This document shows positions 13,444 to 25,396 of a stretch of DNA of 64,000 bases, piece by piece. A program made the position numbers and the translations under genes. The stretch is from contig NC_042999.1 of the NCBI RefSeq assembly GCF_006345805.1, positions 4,464,001 through 4,528,000 of the forward strand, read 5' to 3'. Each line of letters begins with the position of its first letter. The stretch's first letter is position 1. This DNA comes from Octopus sinensis. Lineage: Eukaryota. The notes beneath the pieces were generated by a model, which had not been told where the DNA came from, made no database searches, and saw nothing but the letters and a program-made list of their open reading frames with translations.

Positions 13444-13745
13444 CTAGCAGTATCGCTCGGCGTTGCTCAGGTTTGTAAGGGAAATAACTATATAAGCATT
13501 TTTAGAGAGTTACTTCCCTTATATAATAGCGAAAAAATGCATTAAAAATGGAAAAAAATGATAGCAAATTTTTTTTTAAATCGTAGACTCATCGTAGATG
13601 CGCGCTAATACCCAGAAGGGCTCAATATGAATCACGACTATATGATACCCGCTTTTGGTTAAACTGCACCGCAAAATGTGGGAGTAGTTAGGAATCTAAA
13701 TCGTAGGAGACAGACACCACACAACTTTTCTTTTATATTTATAGA
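13444..13745 (-). mobile_element. Non-autonomous Helitron
   Basis: On the minus strand it starts TC and ends CTAG, with a subterminal GC-rich hairpin, inserted between A and T with no TSD; homologous to 21070-21468. Confidence 0.85.
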
Positions 13746-14372
13746 TTAGTGGGCTAAACGCCCACTAAACTCTTCCTATTTTTAACCTCCACTTGTTTCC
13801 AAACAAGGTTTCAAATTTTGGTGCAAAGCCAGAAATTTTAGGGGAGGGTGCAATCGATTACATTGACCCCCCATGGTCAACTGGTACTTATTTTATTGAT
13901 CCAAAAGTGATGAAAAGTAAAGTCAACCTCCGTAGAATTTGAACTCTGAATATAAATAAACAGACGAAATGCTAAGCATTTTGGCCAGAGTGTTAATGGT
14001 TCTGTCAGCTTGCTGTCTTATAACAAGACAATGATATTTCCCCATGACCAGACACATTTGTGCAGGAGACTGGAAATGAATTATATTGCTTGTATGACAG
14101 TGATACTCATTTACAAATATCATACAATGTCAAAAAAAGGACACACAGACACACATATATGCCATACATACATACAATCAACCAACCAACTCACATTACA
14201 AATACAATTTGTAACAGGAACAGTAAAAATACGCAAAAATGTTTTCACAAGTGTGACACTGTTTTTGTTATCGACATTCCAATAATAGAGCTTTGTACCT
14301 TTGTTACAAAACCAGCTCCTTCATCAGAGGAAGAATTTAAATAATTAAAGACAGAAGAGAACATACATATAG

Positions 14373-14758
14373 GATGGAAGCACTCCGTCGGTTACGACAA
14401 TGAGAGTTCCGGTTGATCCGAATCAACGGAACAGCCTGCTCGTGAAATTAACGTGTAAGTGGCTGAGCACTCCACAGACACGTGTACCCTTAACGTAGCT
14501 CTTGGGGATATTCAGCGTGACAGAGAGAGTGACAAGGCCGGCCCCTTGAAATACAGGTACAACAGAAACAGGAAGTAAGAGTGAGAGAAAGTTGTGGTGA
14601 AAGAGTACAGCAGGGATCACCACCATCCCCTGCCGGAGCCTCGTGGAGCTTTTAGGTGTTTTCGCTCAATAAACACTCACAACGCCCGGTCTGGGAATCG
14701 AAACCGCGATCCTATGACCATGAGTCCGCTGCCCTAACCACTGGGCCATTGCGCCTCC
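14373..14758 (-). mobile_element. SINE family B with 11-bp TSD
   Basis: Reverse complement of 2520-2901; TSD CATACATATAG at 14362-14372 and 14759-14769. Confidence 0.92.
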
Positions 14759-15959
14759 CATACATATAGACACACACACACATTGAATACAATTAAAGTA
14801 TGAGCTCTATGTGAAATTTATGCTTTTCTGTTTATATGCTATTTATATATATGTGTGTGTGTGTGAGAGAGAGAGATGCTTCTTTCACCTTTGCTCTACT
14901 AAATCTACTGACAAGGCATTGGTTGGTCTGAGGCTATAGCAGAAGACACTTGCCAAAGGAGCCATGCAGTGGGACTAAACTTGAAACTATGTGGTTGGGA
15001 TGTCATTTTGATCTGTAATTTATTGTTTTTAATGGCAAAATAGTACAGAACCTTTTGCAGAATATTGGAGTTGTGACTCAAATTTATTGATTTCACAATA
15101 TTAATCAATAGAACTGGAGAACACTGAGTTTATTTAAGAGTTGATGGTTTATATCCTGGCAGAGTGTTAGGTTTATAACTAAGACAATTAATTTCTCAAT
15201 GGCCCAACCTGTCCATAGAGTAATGTAACTGTAAATTGGTACCACAGAGCAAAGATGCATGGCTTAGTGGTTAGGGTATTCAGCTCACACTCATAAGATC
15301 ATGAGTTCAATTCCCAGCAATTCCCAGCAAGACACTTTATTCCATGTTGCTCCAGTCTACTGAGCTGTCAAAAACGAGTCTCTAACCGTGACACATTTTG
15401 TGTATACTGAAATCTCTTTGAGAACTACATTAAGGGTCCACATGTCTTTGGAATGCTCAGCCTCTTGCACATTAATTTCACAAGCAAGCTTTTCCAGTGA
15501 CCATATCAACTGGAATCCTCATTGTCGCAACTAATCGAGTGTCAGTTAAGGCACCACAGAGCAGTCGAGTGTAGAAAAGAAATGATTCCTGTTTTGCTGA
15601 CTTCCAGTGCTTAACTCATTACCATCTGAACATATTGCCAAGGATCCTAACACTTTATATTTGCTTCATAACACTAGCCATAGTTTCATAAGGAAGATGT
15701 AGTTTTGTCATGTGTGTGTGGTGTGTGTGTTTGTGCATGCATTTGCATGCACTCACATCTATACATAAACATATACATGTGGGGGGGATCAATAAATTAA
15801 TGCATGGCACACAGTGCACCTGTTCAGACAACATCGATTTGATGGAGAAAGTGAGTTTATGTGTGGCATGAACCTTTGATCACTATAAACAATTCATTTG
15901 TACAGGTCATTCAGCAAAAGCTGAACGCTCATTTGCTGTCATCGACAGGATGGTCCATC

Positions 15960-15991
<32 letters not shown>

Positions 15992-16017
15992 AAACTATAT
16001 TATATATATATAAAACC

Positions 16018-16062
<45 letters not shown>

Positions 16063-16100
16063 TATATATATATGGGTGTGAGTGATTGTGTATAGAAGAA

Positions 16101-16541
16101 TATATTAATAAAAAGAATTCCAACCATGTCTGATTTTCACGTTTTATTTACAATCTTATAATGATATATTATAAGATAATATATTATAATTGAATAAAAT
16201 AAAATGAAATAGTAGAATGTTAAATGTTCATTCTGATTGAACTAGTACTTTCATGCATTGAATTCTGCAATCTTCAGGTTCATGTAGTAGTGTTGACAGT
16301 CATGCTTCACAATTTTTGACAGTCAAAAATTGTGAAGCATGACTGTCAACACTACTACATGAACCTGAAGATTGCAGAATTCAATGCATGAAAGTACTAG
16401 TTCAATCAGAATGAACATTTAACATTCTACTATTTCATTTTATTTTATTCAATTATAATATATTATCTTGTAATATATCATTATAAGATTGTAAATAAAA
16501 CGTGAAAATCAGACAAGGTTGGAATTCTTTTTATTAATATA
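16101..16541. repeat. Near-perfect 441-bp palindrome (220-bp arms, 1-nt centre at 16321); probable inverted Penelope-like pLTR pair
   Basis: Centre AATTTTTGAC-A-GTCAAAAATT; arms are reverse complements with 2 mismatches by eye; embedded in (TA)n. Confidence 0.95.
16360..16404 (+). ncRNA. Minimal type I hammerhead ribozyme motif (mirror copy on the minus strand at 16238-16282)
   Basis: Stem I TGAAC/GTTCA; core CTGAAGA; stem II TGCA-gaattcaa-TGCA; GAAA; palindromic stem III AGTACT; cleavage triplet CUA. U-U at the base of stem II is non-canonical. Confidence 0.72.
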
Positions 16542-16895
16542 TATATATATATAAAACCATATTCCCAAAATTTGGTTTGTTTTGGAGCATTCTAAGAGGT
16601 ACAAAAAGGAAGTCAGTCGTTTTACTACAGTTGTCAAGAATTCAGCTGTCAGTTAAATACATTTTGAAATCTGAAGATTACTACAATCGTATGAAATCAC
16701 TAATTGAATTTTATGAACATTACAAAACAGTTTTTTAATGTTTAACACACTTCAACATTGTAAAAAATATTCATATTCTTTAAAAATACCTTAATAAAAA
16801 AACATGAAAACCAGACCATGTTTTAACTTTATTTAACTTATATATTATTCTATACACATTTACATAAGTTGGAAAAAATATATATATAATATATA

Positions 16896-16943
<48 letters not shown>

Positions 16944-19900
16944 AACACATGTTACCTACTTTTAATTGGATGGTTGGATCTTGACTTTTAAACTCCACTT
17001 GATAACTGATTCTAGTCACAATGTATTCTATGTTAAGAAGAAGGGTTTTTTTTCCACTTGTTGGCTTGTAAATTTACTGTATCGTTCCACAAATAACGTA
17101 CGTGAATGACTTCTCATTGATCTCTCAATAGAATCCTAGCATTTTGTGTTTGCTTAAATTGAGTTTGTCTTTCATTATTTCATGCCAAAGATGTAGACTA
17201 GGCTTCTTAGTGTAGGTATACAAGTTTGTGCATTTATATGTATGTAGGCATGTGTATTGACAAAGTAAAAAGAACATGAAATAATGTGGAGAGTTAAAAT
17301 GCTGAAATCTTGCTAATGAATAAACACTTATACATGTGTGTTTTATGGCAGAAAACAAGACCAAAATCTACTGAAAAGACTGAGTACTATAAACATTATA
17401 CAATGCCGCATTCTTCTAAAGAATATGTGGCACCACCACATAGAAAATTGAATGCATAGATAGAATTTTGCCAGTGTTATTTTTTTCACTTTTGCTTTTA
17501 TATTCAATATTGTTGTTGTTGCTGTTAGAGGTGGTGGTCGTGGCGGGGCTGAGCTGGAGGCAGCAGTAGTAGTTTTTGTTTGTTTGCTTTTCTTTTTCTT
17601 TTTTTTTTTTTTTTCTTTTGAACTGCACACCATTTTGTCTCATTTCAATCAATGAAGGAAAAGAATTAATGATGGCTGCAATGATTCTGTTAAAAGGAAG
17701 TATCATACACTGAGATGAAATGAGAAAAAAAAGAAAAAAAAAATTGAAAAAATTAAAAAATGTTTAACAAAATTGAAAATAATCCTTTCATAAAACAGCA
17801 GCCATTCGTAAGGCTAGTGCTTAGCTTTGATAAGGCTATAAATTTATTACAGAAAAAAAAAACACATACAGACAAACACATACATGCACACTCACACACA
17901 CCTACATACAGATATCTATATATAAATATACATATATATACAACACACACATGTACACACACACAGAAATTTATGAAAAAAAGCAATGTTGTTATTTCAA
18001 CTCAAAAACTTTTCAACAAGCCACTGAATACGTGCCACAATAAAATGTTTTAGGAATTGAACAACTATTTACATGAAGCCATATAATTTATCGTTGAATA
18101 CTTTCATTTTTGAAATAATTCATTCCTTCAACTGCTTTCTGTAGTCATAAATATTGCAAAACATTTAACTAAAAATAATAAAAAATACTCTTCAAAATAT
18201 CCCCCACTCTCTGCCATGAATGCAAAAATGAAATACATGTCTCCCTCTGCCGCCGTCTCCATCCTACTTCAGTCTTCTTTCAAATGCCTGTTGCCTATTC
18301 TTCATATTTGACTGATGTTTCTTGCATGTCATGAAGAATATGCTAAAGATATGAATACAAAAATCTTACAAGTTACAAAGAAATAAGTTCTGAACATCCA
18401 TTTTAATTCTTTTATATTTTTTTCTACGTAATTTTTGTTATATTTTTTCATCAGTTGAATGCAGGGGAAAATGTAGTAAGAAAGTATAACTCTAAAAACG
18501 TGCTGTTTGTACACTTCAGGCGCTTACAGTCTCTTAATCATTGGTTCAGGGCTATGATATACATAATGCATTATTTATTTATTTTTATATATATATATAC
18601 ACATATATCATGTGCCCATGATATAGATATTATATACTTCGTAACTATGCCATTTTGCTTATCTTTCCTTAGCTAGGAAATAATAATCTAGCAATTGGGA
18701 ATTTATTTACCTTTGTTTGCAGAAAGACAGATTATTTCTTGAACATTCACATTATAATTCTATTTATTCCACTAACATACCATTCACAAATGCTCATCCA
18801 AGCCTTAATCCCCAGTAAGATAATCTCAGCTGTATCATAAAAGTGCTAGATTCGTGGTTACATTCCAGTCTTCTGCGAGTGGAATCAGTTGAATGAAACA
18901 ACCAAACTGTTTGGTCTACATCTTAGTCTCTATCACTAACTTATGCTTCACTCAAAGCTAACATGGATATTGAGATTGGAGAGCTTTATAATTCTGCCCT
19001 TGCTCTATATGAACTTATGGCTTTTTAAGGGAGAAGTTAACACTTGATCTACTGAGCCATTGCAAGCCCTTGCTAGGTTTACTGGCATGTGTATAATTAT
19101 CTTTCCAGTATACACACACCAGTGTGTATATAGTTATCTCCCAAATACAATGCAATACTACTAAGACACAGTTAGATCAATATAACTCCAACACTGTAGT
19201 TTGTACATGAAATTCTGTAAACCTGCAATGCAGTATGTTATTGCAGTATAAGATAATAGATAAATACTATGTAATAGATAAAAACTACATATATATATAT
19301 ATATATATACACTCATAAAAGTAGCCTCTGAGATAGATAGATACATCGATGTAAACAATTCTCATTAAATTGATGGATTTCTGGTAGAACGTTAAGATAT
19401 AAGTAGAATGTAATCACCATATGACATTATGAAGTTAAAATTAATAGGAACTTAAAGATGATGGTTATTGAATCAGTACTGAATTAATGAGAGAATATGT
19501 GCCAAATATTGAACACTTTTGGGTCAACATTTAAAGGAAAAAAGTTGGGAGGGATAAATTCAAGAAGAATGTGATTCTAAGAAAGAAGGATTGATCAAAC
19601 TGTTTAGAATAGGATCTGGAAATGAGATTTTATAGGTTTAATGGTTGAGAATAATGGGATGATGTTAGTGGGCTTTAGTAATGGTACACATCTTATTTGT
19701 TCAGATAAACAGAGAAAATTGTAACAGTGGTAGAAAAGAAAGAAAGTGTGTTGAGGAATAACTCTTTGAGAATTAGATGAATTATCTTCTTCTAAATGCA
19801 GTTTAAGATGTTTGTAATTGTAACAGTAACACTGTCTCAGATATGTAAGCATTATTATAATTATCAATCTTGAGCTTTGAGAAAATGTACATTTTGGCCA

Positions 19901-20127
19901 ATTTTGACAAAGTTTTAAGTATGAATTCACCCTAAAAAGCCAGCAGGTATTGTGGAAAATACAAACTTAAAAATGATAAGGAGTGGCTTAACTGGTCGAA
20001 ATTTCAAAGTCACTATCAACCATATATTTGTTTAAGAATAAACTTGTACCCTACAATAGTATAAAGAAACCCATCAGATATAATGTAAAATTGTTTTTAT
20101 TATGAATAAACATAAAAACTAACATTA

Positions 20128-20169
<42 letters not shown>

Positions 20170-20172
20170 CCG

Positions 20173-20581
20173 AGGCGCAGGAGTGGCTGTGTGGTAAGTA
20201 GCTTGCTTACCAACCACATGGTTCTGGGTTCAGTCCCACTGCATGGCATCTTGGGCAAGTGTCTTCTGCTATAGCCCCAGGCCAACCAATGCCTTGTGAG
20301 TGGATTTCGTAGATGGAAACTGAAAGAATCCTGTTGTATATATGTATGTGTATGTATATGTTTGTGTGTCTGTGTTTGTCCTCCTAGCATTGCTTGACAA
20401 TCGATGCTGGTGTGTTTACGTCCCCGTCACTTAGCGGTTCGGCAAAAAGAGACCGATAGAATAAGTACTGGGCTTACAAAGAATAAGTCCCGGGGTCGAT
20501 TTGCTCGATTAAAGGCGGTGCTCCAGCATGGCCGCAGTCAAATGACTGCAACAAGTAAAAGAGTAAAAGAGTAAAAGAGTA
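20173..20581 (+). mobile_element. SINE family A, full length
   Basis: Same head, core and tail as 4416-4823. Confidence 0.92.
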
Positions 20582-21069
20582 ACCACACAGATGATTTGTT
20601 TATAGTGATCAAACGTTTGTGTACACCTAAGCTCACTCGCTCCATCAAATCGGTATTACCTGTACAGGTACATCATGTGCCACATGTCAGATGGCAAAAT
20701 GATCACAGAGCAACGTGAAATAAAGTGCTTTACTCAAGAACACAACGCATTGCCAAGTCTGGGAATTGAACCCAGGATCTTGCAATTGTGAGTGCAACAC
20801 CCTAACCACTTCAAACTCCCAAAAGACAAAAACGCCTCAAATGACAAGTCATGTGTGTGTGTGTGTGTATATATGTACATATACACACACACATGTGTAT
20901 ATATGTACATGTGTATATATTTACATATTTGTGTGTATGTGCACATATATGTTAACACACCCTTGCATGAAATAAAGTACCAGTCATGTACTGGGGAGGA
21001 AGGGGTTGATGCAGTTGACTTGACCCCACTCCCACTGAAATTACTTGCATTGTACCATATATATATATA

Positions 21070-21468
21070 CTAGCAGTATCGCCCGGCGTTGCTCGGGTTT
21101 GTAAGGCTAATAACTATATAAGCATTTTTAGAGAGTTATAGCCAAAAAATAGCAAAAAGATGCATTAAAAATGGAAAAAAAATTATGGTAAATTTTTTTT
21201 TAAATCGTTGACTCATCGTAGACATTTTTAGAGAGTTACTTCCCTTATATAATAGCGAAAAAAATGCATTAAAATGGAAAAAAATTATGGTAAATTTTTT
21301 TTTAAATCGTAGACTCATCGTAGACGCGCGCTAATAGCCAGAAGGGCTCGATATGAATCACGACTATAAGATACCCGGTTTTTGTTAAACTGCACTGCAA
21401 AATGTGGGAGTAGTTAGGAATCTAAATCGTAGGAGACAGACACATAACTTCACTTTTATATATAAAGA
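21070..21468 (-). mobile_element. Non-autonomous Helitron with an internal ~100-bp duplication
   Basis: Minus strand reads A|TCTTTATATATAAAAG...CCCGAGCAACGCCGGG-CGATACTG-CTAG|T; cattttta gagagtta occurs twice internally. Confidence 0.88.
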
Positions 21469-22041
21469 TATTCATTTTTTTATTTACATACACACATACA
21501 CACAGACGTGCACACACATGTGCAAGCATGGCCATGTGATTAAGCAGTTTACTTCTCACTGCATATCACCTTGAGCAAAGCAAGTATCTTCTGCATTAGC
21601 ACTGGACCTACCAACTCTTTATGAGTTAATTTGGTAGAAATAAGCCTTTTGTTTGTGTGTGTGTGTGGTGTATGTGTGTGTTTACATTCTCACTTCTCTA
21701 AAAATCCCTGAGCAACAAGCACTCATGTTGTCATCATTTTCCTCATCAACAAATCATCTTCTGGTTTTGAGGCTCCAATGACATGGAATAAAAAAAATTC
21801 CGTACTTGAAAAGCAGATAAAGATTGGCCAGAGAATGGACATCTGACTGTAAAACAATGATGCAATGATATGATCCTCTAAGCCATGCTAACATGGAAAA
21901 CAGACGTAAAAAGGAATAAATGTGATTTGCAGTTTGTATTATTCCATGTTGTAGAAGTTAGTAGACATGGCAATGTGAATTCTTTTTCTTAAATTGATAC
22001 TTTTGTAAATAGTGTGGTTTGAGATGATAACATATGTAGAT

Positions 22042-22204
22042 AGGTGCAGGAGTGGCTGTGTGGTAAGTAGCCTGCTTACCAACCACACGGTTTCGGGTTC
22101 AGTGCCACTGCGTGGCACCTTGGGCAAGTGTCTTCTACTATAGCCTCAGGCCAACCAAAGCCTTGTGAGTGGATTTGGTAGATGGAAACTGAAAGAAACC
22201 TGTC

Positions 22205-22244
<40 letters not shown>

Positions 22245-22539
22245 ATAATAAACCGAGGTATGCATTTAAGTCAGTTTTTTATATATTTGTATATATATAT
22301 ATGTGTGTGTGTGTTTGTCCCCCCAACATCGCTTGACAACCGATGCTGGTATATTTACATCCCCATTACTTAGCGGTTCGGCAAAAGAGTCCGATAGAAT
22401 AAGTACTAGGCTTACAAAGAAGTAAGTACTAGGCTTACAAATCGACCTGGGGTCGATTTGCTTGACTAACAGGCAGTGCTCCAGCATGGCCACAGTCAAA
22501 TGACTGAAACAAGTAAAAAAGAGAAAAAAGAGAAAGAGA
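22042..22539 (+). mobile_element. SINE family A
   Basis: Head, core and tail as in other copies; duplicated TAAGTACTAGGCTTACAAA; short insert in the internal (TA)n. Confidence 0.9.
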
Positions 22540-22692
22540 TATTAGATCTTCAAATTTAAAAGTTATTTCAAAATTTCTAGACATATATCAATTTAACTTC
22601 TTTAAATTAAGTCACTTATTCAAGCAAGCCATCATTTTCTATGAATGAATTAAATTAATTTTCTTCATAATATTTCTTCTTTTTTTTTCCAG

Positions 22693-22745
22693 CCAATGAA
22701 GAAATTTTTATTCACCATAATCTGGATCTTTCATGAATTAATTAT
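22693..22745 (+). CDS. CACNA2D3: alpha2/delta exon C (PMKKFLFTIIWIFHELI)
   Basis: Acceptor tttttttccag| and donor |gtaagt; 53 nt, phase 0 to 2. Resembles the CACNA2D3 PYNAFLSAVKWIMTELV hydrophobic segment. Confidence 0.9.
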
Positions 22746-23171
22746 GTAAGTTTTTATGTTACACTCTATTTCATGAGAAAAAATATACTTTGTTATTATT
22801 TATGTAAACTGTCTATTGAATGTGTGTGTGTGTGTGTGTGTATAAGAATCCCATAAGTCAGTAAAATATGTATATTTGTCAATAGAGTGGGTATATTAAT
22901 CAAAGCATACAGCATTATATATTCATTTCAGTCAAATTACCAATTAGTTTTGTTAAGTAATACTATGTGCTCTTCAGAAATGGTTGTTGCAATATTTTTT
23001 CTATGCTTGCCATCTCTGAAAAGCACATGGTATTACTTGACCATGCTGCTTTCTTTAACCAGTTATTCAGTACCCAGTAGAAAACCTATTAGTAAGATTG
23101 ACTAAAAAGGATCTATAATACTGTATATTTTGATTCATATGTGTGTGTGTGTGTGTGTGATATATATATAT

Positions 23172-23364
23172 AATTAGAAAAAACACCTTTTATCAATTCA
23201 AAATGAACAATTAAATTACACCATCTAGAAAATTACATATAATAGAAATATTAAAATTAAAATAACAATAATATACCGATGATTAAGTAAATTGCAAAAT
23301 AATAATAAAAACGTATATATTTAATTGTTCATTTTGAATTGATAAAAGGTGCTTTTTTCTAATT
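23172..23364. repeat. ~45-bp inverted repeat with ~100-bp spacer in (TA)n
   Basis: aattagaaaaaacaccttttatcaattcaaaatgaacaattaaat (23172-23216) has a near-exact reverse complement (1-nt indel) at 23319-23364. Confidence 0.85.
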
Positions 23365-24029
23365 TTTTATATATATATTATATTTTGTGAAATTTGATTT
23401 AGTATTTCTAAATTGAATTTTCCCCTGTAAGTTAGGAATAATATTCCCTCAAATAATTATTATATATATATATACAAAGGCATGTAGCCTGGTGGTTAGG
23501 CATGGTGCTCTCACAATTGAGAGATTGTGTTTCAAGTTCCGCATAAACTGTACATTTGTTTTTGAGCAAAACACTTCATTTCAAGTTGCTCCAGTCTAGT
23601 AAATGGGTAAACCTGCAGCAGAATAGTCTTCTAATTAGGGAAAGCTTTGGCCTGGTTGCCTAGCCAACAAGTTGGCATCATTTAAAAGCTAAAACGATGC
23701 AAAGTGCATTGTAACCAGTTATGTATAACAATATCTGATAATCTGGTCGATCACATCAGGACCTGTCTCTCATGTCAGTTCATAGTATCTGCCTTTTTGG
23801 TTTTGATGCTTGAGAGGAGATAACCACTCTGAAATACATACATCCAGTAGTCTGGTCAGGGAGCACTGTGAACTGACTCGGTGTGTTTACACCTTTCTGT
23901 CTACTATAAGAGATTTTCTCTGTGACAAAAAACAGTGAATGGCTTTCTTACAAATGTGAAAACACCTCAAGCATATTTGAACTGGTAACAAGGTTGCATT
24001 TATACACATTAGTGTTTAGAGCTGCCACC

Positions 24030-24069
<40 letters not shown>

Positions 24070-24274
24070 GTGTGTGTGTGCACGTGCGTGCGTGTGTGTG
24101 TGTATGTGTGTGTGTGTGTATACACACATGAGGGATCGATGCTAGATGTATCGAAACAATTGCTATGATAAATAATGAATTCTCATATATTCCATCTTCC
24201 ATTTGCTATATGTATATATTCAAACACGTTCATATGTATATATGCACAAAAACACTCACATTTTGTATATGTAG

Positions 24275-24310
<36 letters not shown>

Positions 24311-24313
<3 letters not shown>

Positions 24314-24622
24314 AGGTGCAATGGCCCAGTGGTTAGAGCAGTGGACTCACGGTCATAGGATCGTGGTTTCGATTCCCAGACTGGGCATTGTGAGTGTTTA
24401 TTGAGCGAAAACACCTAAAGTTCTACAAGGCTTCGGCAGGGGGTGGTGGCGATCCCTGCTGTACTCTTTCGCCACAACTTCCTCTCACTCTTTCTTCTGT
24501 TGGCCTGCTAGCTTAGCCAGCAGGGTGACGTCATTTGAAGGCTTAAACAATGCGAAGCGCATTGTGACCAGCGATGTGTAGCAACATCTGATAGCCTGGA
24601 CGGTCACGGTGATTACGGTGAT
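24311..24622 (+). mobile_element. SINE with family B head and a different 3' tail
   Basis: First ~180 nt match 2520-2700; the tail TTGGCCTGC...TCACGGTGAT is the reverse complement of 34566-34686. Confidence 0.85.
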
Positions 24623-24724
24623 ATATATATATATATATCAAAAAGTACATCAAGCTGTAAATTTCTGCATCAAATGCAGCATAAAAAGTTGATGGAAAAA
24701 CAGTGATGGCGGCAGCAGTGGCAT

Positions 24725-25252
24725 AAACACACACACACACATACATAAGACAGACATATGCACATACATGCATACATACACAAGCACATATACATACACA
24801 TACATACGTACATCAGACAAACATGTACATACATGCATACACACATACATGCATGTATGTATGTGTATGTATATTTGCATGTGTATGTATACATGTATGC
24901 ATACATACATGTATACATACACACGCACATATACATATACATACATACATCAAACAGACATATGCACATGCATACATACATGCATGTATGCATACGTGTA
25001 TGCATACACACACACATATACATACACATACATACATACACATGTGCATATACATACATACACACACAGCCGCATACATACATACATACATACACACATA
25101 GATACATACATACATACATACATACATACACATACATACATACATACACACATACATACATACACACATACACCTATACATACATACATACACACATACA
25201 CATACACACATACACACATACATACATACATACACACACACATACACACATA
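24725..25252. repeat. Degenerate (CATA)n/(CA)n low-complexity tract
   Basis: Seen directly; source of the spurious HTYI/MYVC ORFs. Confidence 0.95.
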
Positions 25253-25340
25253 CAAGTTAGTTGTCAAAATAATATTGTCTGGAATTTATTTGTTCTTTTG
25301 TTTGTTTAATTCTTTGTTCTTTTGTCTCTTTTCATTGTAG

Positions 25341-25396
25341 GTTTATTACAGAATGGAGTTTTGCCAACTGGATAAGTAAAAGTAGCAGAGTTTCTG
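25341..25396 (+). CDS. CACNA2D3: alpha2/delta exon D (MFITEWSFANWISKSSRVS)
   Basis: Acceptor ttttcattgtag| and donor |gtaagg; 56 nt, phase 2 to 1. Resembles LFLVEFNLCSWW just before the alpha2/delta cleavage region. Confidence 0.88.

Noticed and set aside
14250-14330. CTGATGA on the minus strand as another hammerhead
   Set aside because: No matching GAAA/stem III/stem I arrangement could be built.
24650-25340. Long ORFs (up to 190 aa) rich in H/T/Y/I/M/V/C, also at 42475-43310 and 44217-46054
   Set aside because: They are translations of stop-poor (CA)n/(TA)n/(CATA)n microsatellites, open in several frames on both strands.
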